Shown here in pieces: positions 1 to 10,214 of a stretch of DNA of 64,000 nucleotides; the stretch's first letter is position 1; each line of letters starts with the position of its first letter. The notes beneath the pieces were generated by a model. The model was not told the DNA's origin and did no database searches. It saw nothing but the letters and a program-made list of their open reading frames with translations. Source of the DNA: an uncultured virus (IMG/VR IMGVR_UViG_3300037961_004118) (Duplodnaviria; Heunggongvirae; Uroviricota; Caudoviricetes; Kyanoviridae); the IMG/VR virus record IMGVR_UViG_3300037961_004118, one strand, 5' to 3'. Both the position numbers and the translations under genes were made by a program.

Positions 1-227
1 TCACACCAAAAAACAAAGGTGAAGAGGAATACATGCATAGAGGTATTTCCAGTCGCACCTTTGCTAGAGGATTTAATTTATCAGATGATGTCGAGATCGG
101 CACAGTTACTTTCAACAATGGATTGCTTGTGGTAGAATTGAGGAGAATCATTCCCGACCACCAGAAACTGAAGGTTTATGAAATCCAAGATGCTTCAAAT
201 GCTGAGTCATCCAGTGACTCTGCTTAA
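1..227 (+). CDS. hsp20: Small heat-shock protein (Hsp20), 5'-truncated by window
   Basis: YMHRGISSRTFARGFNLSDDVEI...NGLLVVEL alpha-crystallin C-terminus; frame is open from position 3. Confidence 0.9.
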   Translation, partial: TPKNKGEEEYMHRGISSRTFARGFNLSDDVEIGTVTFNNGLLVVELRRIIPDHQKLKVYEIQDASNAESSSDSA

Positions 228-372
228 TGGTTTGCTTGTTGGATTCTTGATCATCGTGGGTTTGGCACACAATCATGCCCACTTTACTATGGAACAAGAC
301 CCTGATTCATATGTGAGAGCATGGTGCAAGAAGAATCCAGACACTTGTCAGAGTTACCTAGATGATTACTGA
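178..372 (+). CDS. Small membrane hypothetical protein (start may be 199)
   Basis: Hydrophobic N-terminus followed by WCKKNPDTC; followed by a hairpin + T-run. Confidence 0.6.
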   Translation: MKSKMLQMLSHPVTLLNGLLVGFLIIVGLAHNHAHFTMEQDPDSYVRAWCKKNPDTCQSYLDDY

Positions 373-387
373 TATATAGTGTACAAC

Positions 388-413
388 TAAAGAGACCCTT
401 GGGGTCTCTTTTT
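388..413 (+). terminator. Rho-independent terminator
   Basis: AAAGAGACCC-TTG-GGGTCTCTTTTT hairpin. Confidence 0.7.
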
Positions 414-429
414 GTTTGAGGTAAACTTT

Positions 430-660
430 ATGAATGTTTATGTAAACTTAAAACCGAATAGTTATGATGGCGATACGGACTTATTGACAGTAGAAGTTCC
501 AGCATCTTATACTGAAGAATTGCTGAGATATGTCCGACCTATCGCAGAACAAAAAAATACAGATGAATCCAAAATCCTTAAGGATATTATTAAGGAAGCA
601 GTAAACGAAATTGAAAGGAGGAATTATGAGCGTAAGAATCGTAAGACTAAAAAATGGTGA
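430..660 (+). CDS. Hypothetical protein
   Basis: ORF with GAGG RBS before ATG 430. Confidence 0.6.
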   Translation: MNVYVNLKPNSYDGDTDLLTVEVPASYTEELLRYVRPIAEQKNTDESKILKDIIKEAVNEIERRNYERKNRKTKKW

Positions 661-1108
661 AGATGTCATTTGTAACCTCTTTGAAGTTACGATGAAAGAT
701 GATCCTAAAGCACCAGTTGCTTTGAGGATGGACTTCCCATATAATATTTCTATCATTGAACCTGACGATGAGGCAGAACTCAATGAAGAGATTGATGAAC
801 CTATGGCGTATGAAATCGATGACGAGGGTAATGCAGTCCCCGCTGAAGGTGTTGATGTTAGTATCGCTGACATTGAGGCAGAAGAGGATGCTGAGTACCC
901 TGAGGATGATTTTGAGGACGAGGATGGTATCAAGAAGATGACTGGTCTTGATATTGATATGCGACCTTGGGCACCCCTGAGTAAGGATAAGCACATTCTT
1001 CTCAAACTCGATGATGTTGTTAGTGCATATGAAACTTTCGATATCGTTGTTGAAAAGTACAATGAACTAGTGGAGGCAGCAAAGAGTGGACCAGGAACAG
1101 ACAACTAA
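626..1108 (+). CDS. Conserved cyanophage protein (Sm-like fold candidate) with long acidic insert
   Basis: AAGGAGG RBS; VRIVRLKNGEDVIC...PWAPLSKD motifs. Confidence 0.65.
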   Translation: MSVRIVRLKNGEDVICNLFEVTMKDDPKAPVALRMDFPYNISIIEPDDEAELNEEIDEPMAYEIDDEGNAVPAEGVDVSIADIEAEEDAEYPEDDFEDEDGIKKMTGLDIDMRPWAPLSKDKHILLKLDDVVSAYETFDIVVEKYNELVEAAKSGPGTDN

Positions 1109-1334
1109 ACTCATTCTTCTCAATGGTAGAGATGAATACCTAATTGGTGAGGTAACTGAACTAGATGAAGAACCATCGATCTTAGTTCAAAATTGTTATG
1201 AAGTGAAAGAAGAAGAATTGGTTACTCCGTTCCCTCGTTTCGCCCAACAGCGTGACGTTTTCTTGACAAGCGAGTCAATCTTCACTATACTGGATCCGAG
1301 CCCTAAACTGCTGGAGACGTATAAGAACGCATGA
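1086..1334 (+). CDS. Hypothetical protein, possibly related to the upstream ORF
   Basis: KLILLNG..EYLIGEV pattern; overlaps gp43 start. Confidence 0.65.
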   Translation: MDQEQTTKLILLNGRDEYLIGEVTELDEEPSILVQNCYEVKEEELVTPFPRFAQQRDVFLTSESIFTILDPSPKLLETYKNA

Positions 1335-3829
1335 GTTCCTTCTATACCAACATTCAACTTGCTGGTGACACCATCCTCTACCGAGGATACGAAGACGGAA
1401 AACCTGTATCATATCGAGCAAACTTTTCTCCAACTCTGTATGTTCTATCTCGACAGAGAGAAAAGTTGAAGACCTTGGATGGGCGATATGTTTCACCCAT
1501 TCAGTTTCAAACTGCTCGTGAGGCACGAGACTTCATTCGTCAGTATGAGAATGTAGAAGGATTTGAAGTTCATGGATATGAACGATTTGTATATCAATAT
1601 ATTCGTCAGGAGTTTCCTGATGAAGTAGATTACAACATTAGTCAGATGAAGATCTACGCAATGGACATTGAGGTCCAGTGCGAGAATGGATTCCCTAATG
1701 TTGAAGAAGCAGCAGAAGAAATGTTGTCTATCACCATCAAAGATATGGTGACTAAGAAATACTATTGCTGGGCAACTCGTGAGTTTGAAGCACCTGAAGG
1801 TGTAGAGACTCACATCTTCTGGACTGAACATGAAATGCTGAACCATTTTATCGAATGGTGGGTGCAACATACACCAGATATCCTTACGGGTTGGAACGTG
1901 AATCTGTATGACGTTCCATACATTGCCCGTAGGGTTAATCGTGTGCTTGGGGAGAAATGGATGAAGAGTCTATCTCCATGGAATCGTGCAAATGAGAGGG
2001 AAGTCTATGTCCAAGGGCGTAAAAATTATGCTTACGATATCTCTGGTGTCAATATTCTTGACTATCTGGATCTATATCGCAAGTTTACATACTCAAATCA
2101 AGAATCTTACAGACTGGACCATATCGCTTTCGTCGAACTTGGGCAGCGAAAAGTTGATCACTCTGAATACGAAAACTTCAAGGACTTCTATACCTCTGAT
2201 TGGCAGAAGTTCATGGAATACAACATCCAAGACGTTGAACTGATCGACAGATTGGAAGATAAGATGAAGTTGCTTGAACTCGCCATCACGATGAGTTACG
2301 ATGCCAAGGTCAACTTTGAAGATGTGTATAGTCAGGTCCGTATGTGGGACACTATGATCTATAACTATCTTACAGATCGCGATGTTGTTGTACCACCAAA
2401 GAAGGGTGCCAAGAAAGATGAAAAATACGCAGGAGCATACGTCAAAGAACCGATTCCTGGAAAGTATGATTGGGTTGTGTCTTTTGACCTTAATAGCCTG
2501 TATCCTCATCTCATTATGCAGTACAACATCTCGCCAGAGACGCTTGTCGATGCCCGACACCCCACGGCTACCGTTGATAAAATTCTTGGAGAGTCGCTAG
2601 ATATCAACGGGGACTATTGTGTATGTGCTAATGGGGCACAATATCGAAAAGATATTCACGGGTTCCTACCAGAAATGATGCAGAAGATCTATGATGAACG
2701 TACCATCTACAAGAAACGGATGCTTGAGTCTAAGCAAGCTCTTGAACATGCCAAGACACCTGCACAGACCGCATCATTACAAAAAGATATATCAAAATTT
2801 AACAACATCCAAATGGCAAGAAAGATCCAACTCAACTCTGCCTATGGTGCCATTGGAAACCAATACTTCCGATACTACAATCTGGCAAATGCTGAGGCGA
2901 TTACTCTCTCGGGGCAAGTCTCGATTCGTTGGATCGAAGGTAAGGTAAATAGTTATCTGAACAAACTACTCAAAACGGAGGACCACGACTATGTTATTGC
3001 TTCCGATACTGACAGCATCTATATCTGTCTTGATCTACTTGTTCGCCATGTATTTGATGTACAAAGTGTTTCTGCAGAGAGGGTCGTTGACTTCCTCGAT
3101 GCTGCCTGTAAGGATCGAATCGAACCATTCATCGACAGATCGTACAAAGAACTAGCAGATTACGTCGGTGCCTATGAACAGAAGATGTTCATGAAGCGGG
3201 AGAACATCGCTAACAAAGGCATTTGGACTGCTAAGAAACGATACATCCTCAACGTCTGGGACAGCGAGGGTGTTCGCTATGAGAAACCTAAACTCAAGAT
3301 CATGGGTCTTGAGGCAGTCAAGTCTTCCACTCCTGCTGCATGTCGTGTTGCCATTAAAGAATGTATGCAGGTGATTATGAACAAAGAAGAGGAAGACGCA
3401 CAAGAATTTATTTCAAAGTTTAGGGATAAATTTTCATCATTGCCGATCGAAGATATTTCATTCCCACGAGGATGCAATGGTATAAATAAGTGGTCACATC
3501 CCGTGACACTTTATAGTAAAGGCACACCCATACACGTCCGAGGCGCATTGCTATACAACTTTCACAATAAGAAAAATAAACTTACTCACAAGTATCCCTT
3601 AATTCAAGACGGCGAAAAGATAAAGTTCGTTTATTTGAAAACCCCAAACAAGATTGGCGAGAATGTTATCAGTTATCTGAATACATTCCCGAAGGAGTTT
3701 GGTCTTGACAAACAGGTGGACTATGATCTACAATTCTCAAAGAGTTTCCTTGATCCTATCAAAGTCATTATGGACACAATTGGGTGGCAACCTGAGAAAA
3801 TCGCATCACTGGAGTTTCTATTTGGATGA
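1331..3829 (+). CDS. gp43: Family B DNA polymerase (gp43)
   Basis: Exonuclease DIEV, SFDLNSLYP, KIQLNSAYG and SDTDS motifs. Confidence 0.98.
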   Translation: MSSFYTNIQLAGDTILYRGYEDGKPVSYRANFSPTLYVLSRQREKLKTLDGRYVSPIQFQTAREARDFIRQYENVEGFEVHGYERFVYQYIRQEFPDEVDYNISQMKIYAMDIEVQCENGFPNVEEAAEEMLSITIKDMVTKKYYCWATREFEAPEGVETHIFWTEHEMLNHFIEWWVQHTPDILTGWNVNLYDVPYIARRVNRVLGEKWMKSLSPWNRANEREVYVQGRKNYAYDISGVNILDYLDLYRKFTYSNQESYRLDHIAFVELGQRKVDHSEYENFKDFYTSDWQKFMEYNIQDVELIDRLEDKMKLLELAITMSYDAKVNFEDVYSQVRMWDTMIYNYLTDRDVVVPPKKGAKKDEKYAGAYVKEPIPGKYDWVVSFDLNSLYPHLIMQYNISPETLVDARHPTATVDKILGESLDINGDYCVCANGAQYRKDIHGFLPEMMQKIYDERTIYKKRMLESKQALEHAKTPAQTASLQKDISKFNNIQMARKIQLNSAYGAIGNQYFRYYNLANAEAITLSGQVSIRWIEGKVNSYLNKLLKTEDHDYVIASDTDSIYICLDLLVRHVFDVQSVSAERVVDFLDAACKDRIEPFIDRSYKELADYVGAYEQKMFMKRENIANKGIWTAKKRYILNVWDSEGVRYEKPKLKIMGLEAVKSSTPAACRVAIKECMQVIMNKEEEDAQEFISKFRDKFSSLPIEDISFPRGCNGINKWSHPVTLYSKGTPIHVRGALLYNFHNKKNKLTHKYPLIQDGEKIKFVYLKTPNKIGENVISYLNTFPKEFGLDKQVDYDLQFSKSFLDPIKVIMDTIGWQPEKIASLEFLFG

Positions 3830-3984
3830 ACACAACTACGAATTATATTGTTTCCTATCAGAACGCTTTTGGATTCTCACCTAGAGAAGAAAAAGTGTTC
3901 AAGGACTTGAAAGAGGCACAATGGTTTGAACGTGCCATGAAACGTTCTAATTACATCACGTCATTATTGGAGGTTAAAGAGTGA
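3826..3984 (+). CDS. 52-aa hypothetical protein
   Basis: Manual translation [16 protein letters not shown]...EVKE; ATGA/GTGA overlaps with both neighbours. Confidence 0.65.
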   Translation: MNTTTNYIVSYQNAFGFSPREEKVFKDLKEAQWFERAMKRSNYITSLLEVKE

Positions 3985-4991
3985 ATTTTTTGAAAGATGT
4001 AGCAAAGGAGATTGGTAATGAGTATGCAGGACTTGTCAGTGATGGTGTCGCAGCAGGAGACACTGGCGGTTTCATTGATACTGGTAGTTACATTTTCAAT
4101 GCTTTGGTTAGCGGTTCAATCTATGGAGGTGTCCCCTCAAATAAGATCACCGCTATCGCTGGTGAGTCTTCTACTGGCAAGACTTTCTTTTGCCTTGGGA
4201 TTGTCCAGCATTTTCTTGACAGCAATCCCGACGCTGGGGTAATTTATTTTGAGTCTGAGTCTGCTATCTCTAAGCAGATGATTGAAGATCGTGGTATTGC
4301 ATCTGATCGCATGATGATTGTGCCCGTTGCAACCATCGAACAATTCAGAACTCAGTCTTGTCGTATCCTCGACAAATACATGGAGCAAGATGTTTCAGAA
4401 CGTAAACCTCTGATGTTCGTCCTGGACTCTCTGGGTATGCTCTCTACAGAGAAAGAGATTGCAGACGTTGCAGCGGATAAGCAGGTTCGTGACATGACTA
4501 AGAGTCAGTTGATCAAGGGTGCCTTCCGTGTGCTAACGCTCAAATTAGGTAAGGCAAATGTCCCAATGCTCGTTACCAATCATACATATGATGTAATCGG
4601 TGCATACATGCCCACCAAAGAAATGGGAGGAGGAAGTGGACTCAAGTACGCTTCATCAACAATTATATATCTATCAAAGAAGAAGGAAAAGGATGGTACG
4701 GAGGTTGTCGGTAATATTATCAAATGCAAAGCACACAAATCCCGACTAACAAAGGAGAACTCTCAGGTTGAAACCCGACTTTATTACGATCGTGGACTTG
4801 ACCGCTATTACGGACTACTGGAACTGGGTGAGAAGTATGGAGTCTTCGCCAGGAAAGGAAATCGTATCGTCATTGGTGAATCTACTTTTTATCCTAAGTC
4901 TATTCTCGCTGATCCAGAAAAGTATTTCACCCCCGAAGTGATGCAAGCATTGGATGAGGCAGCAGCTCAGGAGTTCCGTTATGGTAGCTGA
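3981..4991 (+). CDS. uvsX: UvsX RecA-like recombinase
   Basis: Walker [26 protein letters not shown]. Confidence 0.97.
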   Translation: MNFLKDVAKEIGNEYAGLVSDGVAAGDTGGFIDTGSYIFNALVSGSIYGGVPSNKITAIAGESSTGKTFFCLGIVQHFLDSNPDAGVIYFESESAISKQMIEDRGIASDRMMIVPVATIEQFRTQSCRILDKYMEQDVSERKPLMFVLDSLGMLSTEKEIADVAADKQVRDMTKSQLIKGAFRVLTLKLGKANVPMLVTNHTYDVIGAYMPTKEMGGGSGLKYASSTIIYLSKKKEKDGTEVVGNIIKCKAHKSRLTKENSQVETRLYYDRGLDRYYGLLELGEKYGVFARKGNRIVIGESTFYPKSILADPEKYFTPEVMQALDEAAAQEFRYGS

Positions 4992-5547
4992 ACTCAAAGA
5001 CTATATCAAAGTCTATGATGGTATGGTTGAGGATAGTCTCTGCCAGGATATCATGGGTGCATTTGAAACTACTGGATACGAGTTCTTTGATAGAGAACAG
5101 AGACCATCCTTCAATGAATTGAATATCTCTCAGTTGTATAACAAGAAAGAGAAACCTTGGGATAAACTCCAAGAGAAAATTATGAATCGTTTCATCGATG
5201 CAACTGAGTTGTATATGGATGAACTTGATTTGGGACCAGACTTTCCTGAGGAGTATGCCTTTGAAGAGTTTCGTATCAAGATGTATCGAAACAATGAATA
5301 TGATGAGTTCAAAGATCATGTTGACGTTGGAAACTACAACTCTGCTCGTAGATTCCTAGTTTGTTTTTTATATCTTAATGACGTTGGTGCTGGTGGATAC
5401 ACCAACTTCCCAAAATTAAACCATGCAATTACGCCAAAGCGTGGTAGAATACTATTGTTCCCATCAACCTGGCAGTATCGCCACTCGGGTCAACAACCTA
5501 TCACCAACAACAAATATATCGTCGGATCTTATCTGCACTACGTATGA
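4981..5547 (+). CDS. 2OG-Fe(II) oxygenase (prolyl-hydroxylase-like)
   Basis: HVD...FLYLND..GG.T.F...[11 protein letters not shown]. Confidence 0.88.
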   Translation: MVAELKDYIKVYDGMVEDSLCQDIMGAFETTGYEFFDREQRPSFNELNISQLYNKKEKPWDKLQEKIMNRFIDATELYMDELDLGPDFPEEYAFEEFRIKMYRNNEYDEFKDHVDVGNYNSARRFLVCFLYLNDVGAGGYTNFPKLNHAITPKRGRILLFPSTWQYRHSGQQPITNNKYIVGSYLHYV

Positions 5548-6929
5548 ACCTAGAAGTAACTATCCTCAGCAATCTCATTTATAATGAGAAGTATGCTAGG
5601 AAAGTATTGCCTTTCCTCAAGTCGGATTACTTCACTGCTCGTGAGCATAAGATTATCTTCTTAGAGATCCATGAATATATCAGTCAGTATGATGCGTTAC
5701 CATCTCTCAACGCAATTGGTATAGAATGTCAAGAACGAGTTGATCTTACTGAAGATCAATTCAAAGAAATTATTCAGGTGCTAAATGTCCTTTCCGATGA
5801 TTCCGCAGACTACGATTGGCTCGTTGATTCTACAGAAAAGTGGTGTCAAGAGCGTGCGATTTACTTATCTCTTATGGAATCTGTCAAGATTGCTGACGGG
5901 CAGGATACCAAGAGGGATAAAGGCGCTATTCCTTCGATTCTTTCGGAAGCGTTAGGAGTATCGTTTGACCAGCATGTAGGACACGATTATGTCTCAGACG
6001 CAGAAGCGAGGTACGAATTCTACCATCGCAAAGAAGATAAGATCCCGTTCGATCTTGAGTTCTTCAATAAGATTACGAAGGGCGGTCTACCGAATAAAAC
6101 TCTTAACATCGCACTCGCAGGCACTGGTGTCGGCAAGTCTTTGTTTATGTGTCACATGGCCGCTGCGACCCTTCTTCAAGGTAAGAATGTCCTCTATATC
6201 ACGATGGAGATGGCAGAGGAAAAAATCGCTGAACGCATTGATGCAAATCTGCTCAACATCCCTATCCAACAACTTTCGGATCTTCCGAAGGTGATGTTTG
6301 ATAAGAAGATCAAGACACTAAGTAAGAAGACTCAAGGTAAACTTATAATTAAAGAATACCCTACGGCATCTGCACATGTCGGTCACTTTAAATCTCTTGT
6401 TAGTGATCTTGCTCTTAAGCGGTCTATTAAACCCGATATTATCTTCGTGGATTACCTTAATATCTGTGCGTCCCAAAGATATAAAGGCAGCATTGTCAAC
6501 TCCTACACCTACGTCAAAGCAATCGCAGAGGAACTTAGGGGTTTTGCTTGTGAGTGTAACGTTCCTATCATCTCTGCTACACAGACCACTCGTTCAGGTT
6601 ATGGTAGCACTGATGTTGACCTTACTGATACTAGTGAATCCTTCGGTCTCCCTGCTACTGCTGATCTTATGTTTGCCCTTATTAGCACAGAGGAGCTTGA
6701 GGGCATGAATCAGATCATGGTCAAGCAATTGAAGAATCGCTACAATGATATCAGCAGAAACAAAAGATTCTGTGTAGGTATTGACAGAGCAAAGATGAGG
6801 TTGTATGATGTTGAGGAGTCTGCCCAAGAGGATATTATTGATTCTGGTCAAGGCAACGATCAACAACAGGTTGATCTAGTTAAAAAATTTACAGCAAAGA
6901 AAACGTTTCAAGATCTAAAGTATGATTGA
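5544..6929 (+). CDS. gp41: DnaB-like replicative helicase (gp41)
   Basis: AGTGVGKS; VDYLNI; SESFGLPATAD; QLKNRY. Confidence 0.97.
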   Translation: MNLEVTILSNLIYNEKYARKVLPFLKSDYFTAREHKIIFLEIHEYISQYDALPSLNAIGIECQERVDLTEDQFKEIIQVLNVLSDDSADYDWLVDSTEKWCQERAIYLSLMESVKIADGQDTKRDKGAIPSILSEALGVSFDQHVGHDYVSDAEARYEFYHRKEDKIPFDLEFFNKITKGGLPNKTLNIALAGTGVGKSLFMCHMAAATLLQGKNVLYITMEMAEEKIAERIDANLLNIPIQQLSDLPKVMFDKKIKTLSKKTQGKLIIKEYPTASAHVGHFKSLVSDLALKRSIKPDIIFVDYLNICASQRYKGSIVNSYTYVKAIAEELRGFACECNVPIISATQTTRSGYGSTDVDLTDTSESFGLPATADLMFALISTEELEGMNQIMVKQLKNRYNDISRNKRFCVGIDRAKMRLYDVEESAQEDIIDSGQGNDQQQVDLVKKFTAKKTFQDLKYD

Positions 6930-7323
6930 TCCTATTAAGTATGTTGAATTTGTCGATGCAGTCACGTCCACGCCGTCGAAAGATCACGAAGCATTCGTTT
7001 ATCGTGTTCAAGAACTTGAGGGTCAGGGATTTCATTCCGAGCGATTGCTTACTGCTTCTGTAGGCATGTGTGCTGAAGCAGGTGAGTTCACTGAGATTGT
7101 CAAAAAGATTGTCTTTCAAGGCAAACCTGTCAACGAAGATAACCTGTTTCACCTGAAGCGTGAACTGGGTGACATCATGTGGTATGTTGCTCAAGCATGT
7201 ATGGGTCTGGACATCAGTCTCGATGAAGTGCTTGCTATGAATGTAGAGAAACTCTCTGCTCGTTATCCTGATGGTGCTTTTGATGTTCACTTCTCCGAAA
7301 ATCGTAAGGAAGGTGACGTATGA
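6922..7323 (+). CDS. mazG: MazG nucleotide pyrophosphohydrolase
   Basis: EAGEFTEIVKK...RELGDIMWY. Confidence 0.95.
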   Translation: MIDPIKYVEFVDAVTSTPSKDHEAFVYRVQELEGQGFHSERLLTASVGMCAEAGEFTEIVKKIVFQGKPVNEDNLFHLKRELGDIMWYVAQACMGLDISLDEVLAMNVEKLSARYPDGAFDVHFSENRKEGDV

Positions 7324-7616
7324 AATTTACTCAAGAAGATCTTTGGAAAACCATTCAGACACTTGGATGGGATACCAACGACGACATTCATATTGAAATT
7401 GGTGGCACCTCAGTCTATATGATTGATGGTGCTGGTACTAAGTGGGCACCTGTCAAAGGCACTCGTAAGTACAACAAAGATGCATTCATTGTTATTAAGA
7501 ACCGATCCCGTGACCCCATTGCACCTTCAGTAAATGACGACCCCGAACGACTACAACACCATTCCAAGGTGGAAGCAAGCGAGCAACGAAGCGATAGCGA
7601 AAAATCTCCTAGTTAG
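7320..7616 (+). CDS. Hypothetical protein
   Basis: ORF coupled to the mazG stop. Confidence 0.65.
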   Translation: MKFTQEDLWKTIQTLGWDTNDDIHIEIGGTSVYMIDGAGTKWAPVKGTRKYNKDAFIVIKNRSRDPIAPSVNDDPERLQHHSKVEASEQRSDSEKSPS

Positions 7617-7722
7617 TATAGGAGAACTTCTGGACGCTGAAGTAAAATACTACTATTGTTCAGATAGGACTACAATGCACAAACAAATTATTATCACCTA
7701 CGACGAGGAGAAAAAATCATGA
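7534..7722 (+). CDS. Hypothetical protein
   Basis: ORF; overlaps the previous gene. Confidence 0.5.
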   Translation: MTTPNDYNTIPRWKQASNEAIAKNLLVSIGELLDAEVKYYYCSDRTTMHKQIIITYDEEKKS

Positions 7723-7874
7723 TTGGAAATCTTGAACCAGAAGAGCGTATTCTCAACGTGCAAAGCGATGAACTTCAAGCAGACCTTGAAGCAATTTATA
7801 ATGAGATTGAACAACTTGCGTTTCGTATTTACATGACTGGGTACAATAAGGGAGTGGAGCGTGAATCTAAATAG
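7719..7874 (+). CDS. 51-aa hypothetical protein
   Basis: GAGGAG RBS; MIGNLEPEERIL...RESK. Confidence 0.6.
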   Translation: MIGNLEPEERILNVQSDELQADLEAIYNEIEQLAFRIYMTGYNKGVERESK

Positions 7875-7895
7875 TCTTGATGATATGGTCTAGAA

Positions 7896-9227
7896 ATGTC
7901 TAACTCACCTTCTAACGTTTTCCTAGTTCTGAACGAGGTTCTTGAGGGAGTCGAAGTAGAACAGGTACAAGAAAGTAAAACTATGCAGAAGATGCGTGTT
8001 TTATCAAAAGAACGTGCAGAAATTCAGGGTGAGATTCACGAAAAATTAAAACGAAAGGGGGTTCGGTTTGACACTACAGTTGTCAAGTCCGAGTCCTCTT
8101 TTGCTGTAACTGAGGTTCCTATTGATGACAGTGAAGGTAAGTATAAGATTCGTCTAATTTATAAACGAAAAGGTGGTGGAGGATCTGGTGCTGGTGCAGC
8201 ACTTACTAAGTTATCAGAGTCTGCACAATGCATGTATGCAGCACTTGCATGGATGAAGAATGGAAAGATAACTAATCAAGATGTAACTTGTGAAAACTTT
8301 AATGATAGAGCAGTAAAATCAAAGACTCTCACTGATGAAAAGTATGAGGCGATGTGTAATGACTTGCCCGATGAATGGATCAATTCTTGTATTGAAGGTG
8401 CAAACAAACTAAAAGAAGTATACAGCGGTAACTATACATTTCATAGAGGTTCACCCATGGTGAATCAAATCGAAGGACACTTCAAGAGAATCAAAAGACT
8501 GGAAGGTGTGAGGATGGACCTAAACAAATGGTCTCCCGCTGACATCTATTTGATTCGTAAAGATTTTGATATTGGTTGTCTAGCAAAGGAGAAAACTATT
8601 TTAGGTTTGAATGCCTGTATGCAGAGAGAACTTAGTGACGGAAAACTCATTGGTGTTTCACTCAAAAAGATTACAGGTAATGCAAGACTGAAAGCAATGA
8701 ATCAGTCTGGAACAGCACCTGAAGTTAAGTATGATGGGTTTGAATTGAGTCCCGATTCTATGGATGGATATCTAAAGGTCAAGGTAGCAGGTTCTGCAGC
8801 AAAGATTCAGTTCAGAAGTTTTGGTGGTAACACTTCACTGACTGGTTGGCAAGGAGAAGTCAAAGGTGCATCTGCAAACCAGGGTAAGATCTCTTATGGT
8901 CCTATCAATTTGATCTTAAAAAATCATAGTGTGACACAAATTAGAGCAAATGCGGCACAAGATGCAAAACGGAATGATGATGCAGTTGCTACTCAGATTG
9001 CAAAAGGTATGATCGAACTGGGTGCATTAAGTGGCAAAACAAAAGATCATGTAATGATGATCAAATCAAAAAGTGACAAATGGAGATATTCAAAACTACA
9101 GGTGGTTCAACTGCTATCTACTATCAAGAGTCTGTCACCCGAGAAACGCAATCAGGTTATGGAGGATCTGTTCTTATATGCGTCCAGTCAGTCTCAATAC
9201 TCCGCTCCATACATGAAGATGGAATGA
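7896..9227 (+). CDS. Putative PD-(D/E)xK-like nuclease / hypothetical protein
   Basis: LSES...KWSPADIYL...LIGVSLKK motif set; CTAAATA late-promoter-like site upstream. Confidence 0.5.
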   Translation: MSNSPSNVFLVLNEVLEGVEVEQVQESKTMQKMRVLSKERAEIQGEIHEKLKRKGVRFDTTVVKSESSFAVTEVPIDDSEGKYKIRLIYKRKGGGGSGAGAALTKLSESAQCMYAALAWMKNGKITNQDVTCENFNDRAVKSKTLTDEKYEAMCNDLPDEWINSCIEGANKLKEVYSGNYTFHRGSPMVNQIEGHFKRIKRLEGVRMDLNKWSPADIYLIRKDFDIGCLAKEKTILGLNACMQRELSDGKLIGVSLKKITGNARLKAMNQSGTAPEVKYDGFELSPDSMDGYLKVKVAGSAAKIQFRSFGGNTSLTGWQGEVKGASANQGKISYGPINLILKNHSVTQIRANAAQDAKRNDDAVATQIAKGMIELGALSGKTKDHVMMIKSKSDKWRYSKLQVVQLLSTIKSLSPEKRNQVMEDLFLYASSQSQYSAPYMKME

Positions 9228-9236
9228 CACCCTACA

Positions 9237-9280
9237 AACTGTCCTAATCTATGTGCGACTCCATCTTAGCGTGCTATAAT
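9237..9280 (+). promoter_or_regulatory. Early sigma70-type promoter (extended -10)
   Basis: TGC-TATAAT at 9272-9280; AACTGTC 38 nt upstream of the -10. Confidence 0.55.
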
Positions 9281-9304
9281 AATGGTATACAGACAGAGGA
9301 CGCT

Positions 9305-10213
9305 TTGCCCAACAAACACCTGGAGCACCTTGAGGATTCTATCTTCGATGGTCGTAGAGTTGCTGTTGCTGCTGTCAAAGACACCCTGCTATGCAGCAAG
9401 GTCAGTGTCAAGTGGGATGGCGCACCTGCTATTGTGTTTGGAACCAATCCAGAGAACGGCAAGTTCTTTGTAGGAACCAAGTCCGTCTTCAACAAAGTCA
9501 AAGTCAAAATCAATTACACCAATGAAGATATCGATCAAAACCATACTGGGGCTGTTGCTGACATCCTTCGTTTGTGCTTACGTCATCTTCCCCGTACTGC
9601 TGGCATTACTCAAGCTGATTTTATTGGTGTTGGTGGCGGCAGGCAATATACCCCAAATACTATTACTTATAGGTTTCCTGATACTATTCGCCGCGATATT
9701 ATCCTAGCACCACATACTAGTTACACGGAGATATCTCCTACAGCAGAAGCAACTATTGGAGTCAAACTTCCGTCTGCACTTGGTACTGAGTTTATTGATA
9801 CAACCAATGCACAACTTGGTCGTCAAAACAATATCAAACTTGTTACTGAAATTCTTTCACTGATTCCCTTTTGTAAAGTAACTAAAGACAAGTTCGCTCG
9901 TGTATATTTTCGCACTCTTATCAACAAATTTGTTCGCTGCGGTTCACTCCCCAGTCCTGAACTAATGTATACTATGGTCGATGCTAAATATAAGGAGGAA
10001 GTTAATGTGACGACCTTTCGGGTCTGGCATAAACTCTTCCAACTGAAACAGCGTCTTCTCGATGCGATTGTTGTAAATGGAAATGTTGAATGTTACATCG
10101 ATGGGAAACCTACTCGTCACGAGGGGTTTGTTACAGTTTCAACCAATCCTTACAAACTTGTCGATCGATTGACCTTTAGTAAAGCAAACTTTAATCTTAG
10201 TAAGAATTGGTAG
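9305..10213 (+). CDS. Conserved T4-like protein (DUF6267-like) with KWDG motif
   Basis: NKHLEHLED, KWDGAPAIVFG, HEGFV, KLVDRLTFS; TTG start after GAGGA. Confidence 0.7.
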   Translation: MPNKHLEHLEDSIFDGRRVAVAAVKDTLLCSKVSVKWDGAPAIVFGTNPENGKFFVGTKSVFNKVKVKINYTNEDIDQNHTGAVADILRLCLRHLPRTAGITQADFIGVGGGRQYTPNTITYRFPDTIRRDIILAPHTSYTEISPTAEATIGVKLPSALGTEFIDTTNAQLGRQNNIKLVTEILSLIPFCKVTKDKFARVYFRTLINKFVRCGSLPSPELMYTMVDAKYKEEVNVTTFRVWHKLFQLKQRLLDAIVVNGNVECYIDGKPTRHEGFVTVSTNPYKLVDRLTFSKANFNLSKNW

Positions 10214-10214
10214 A

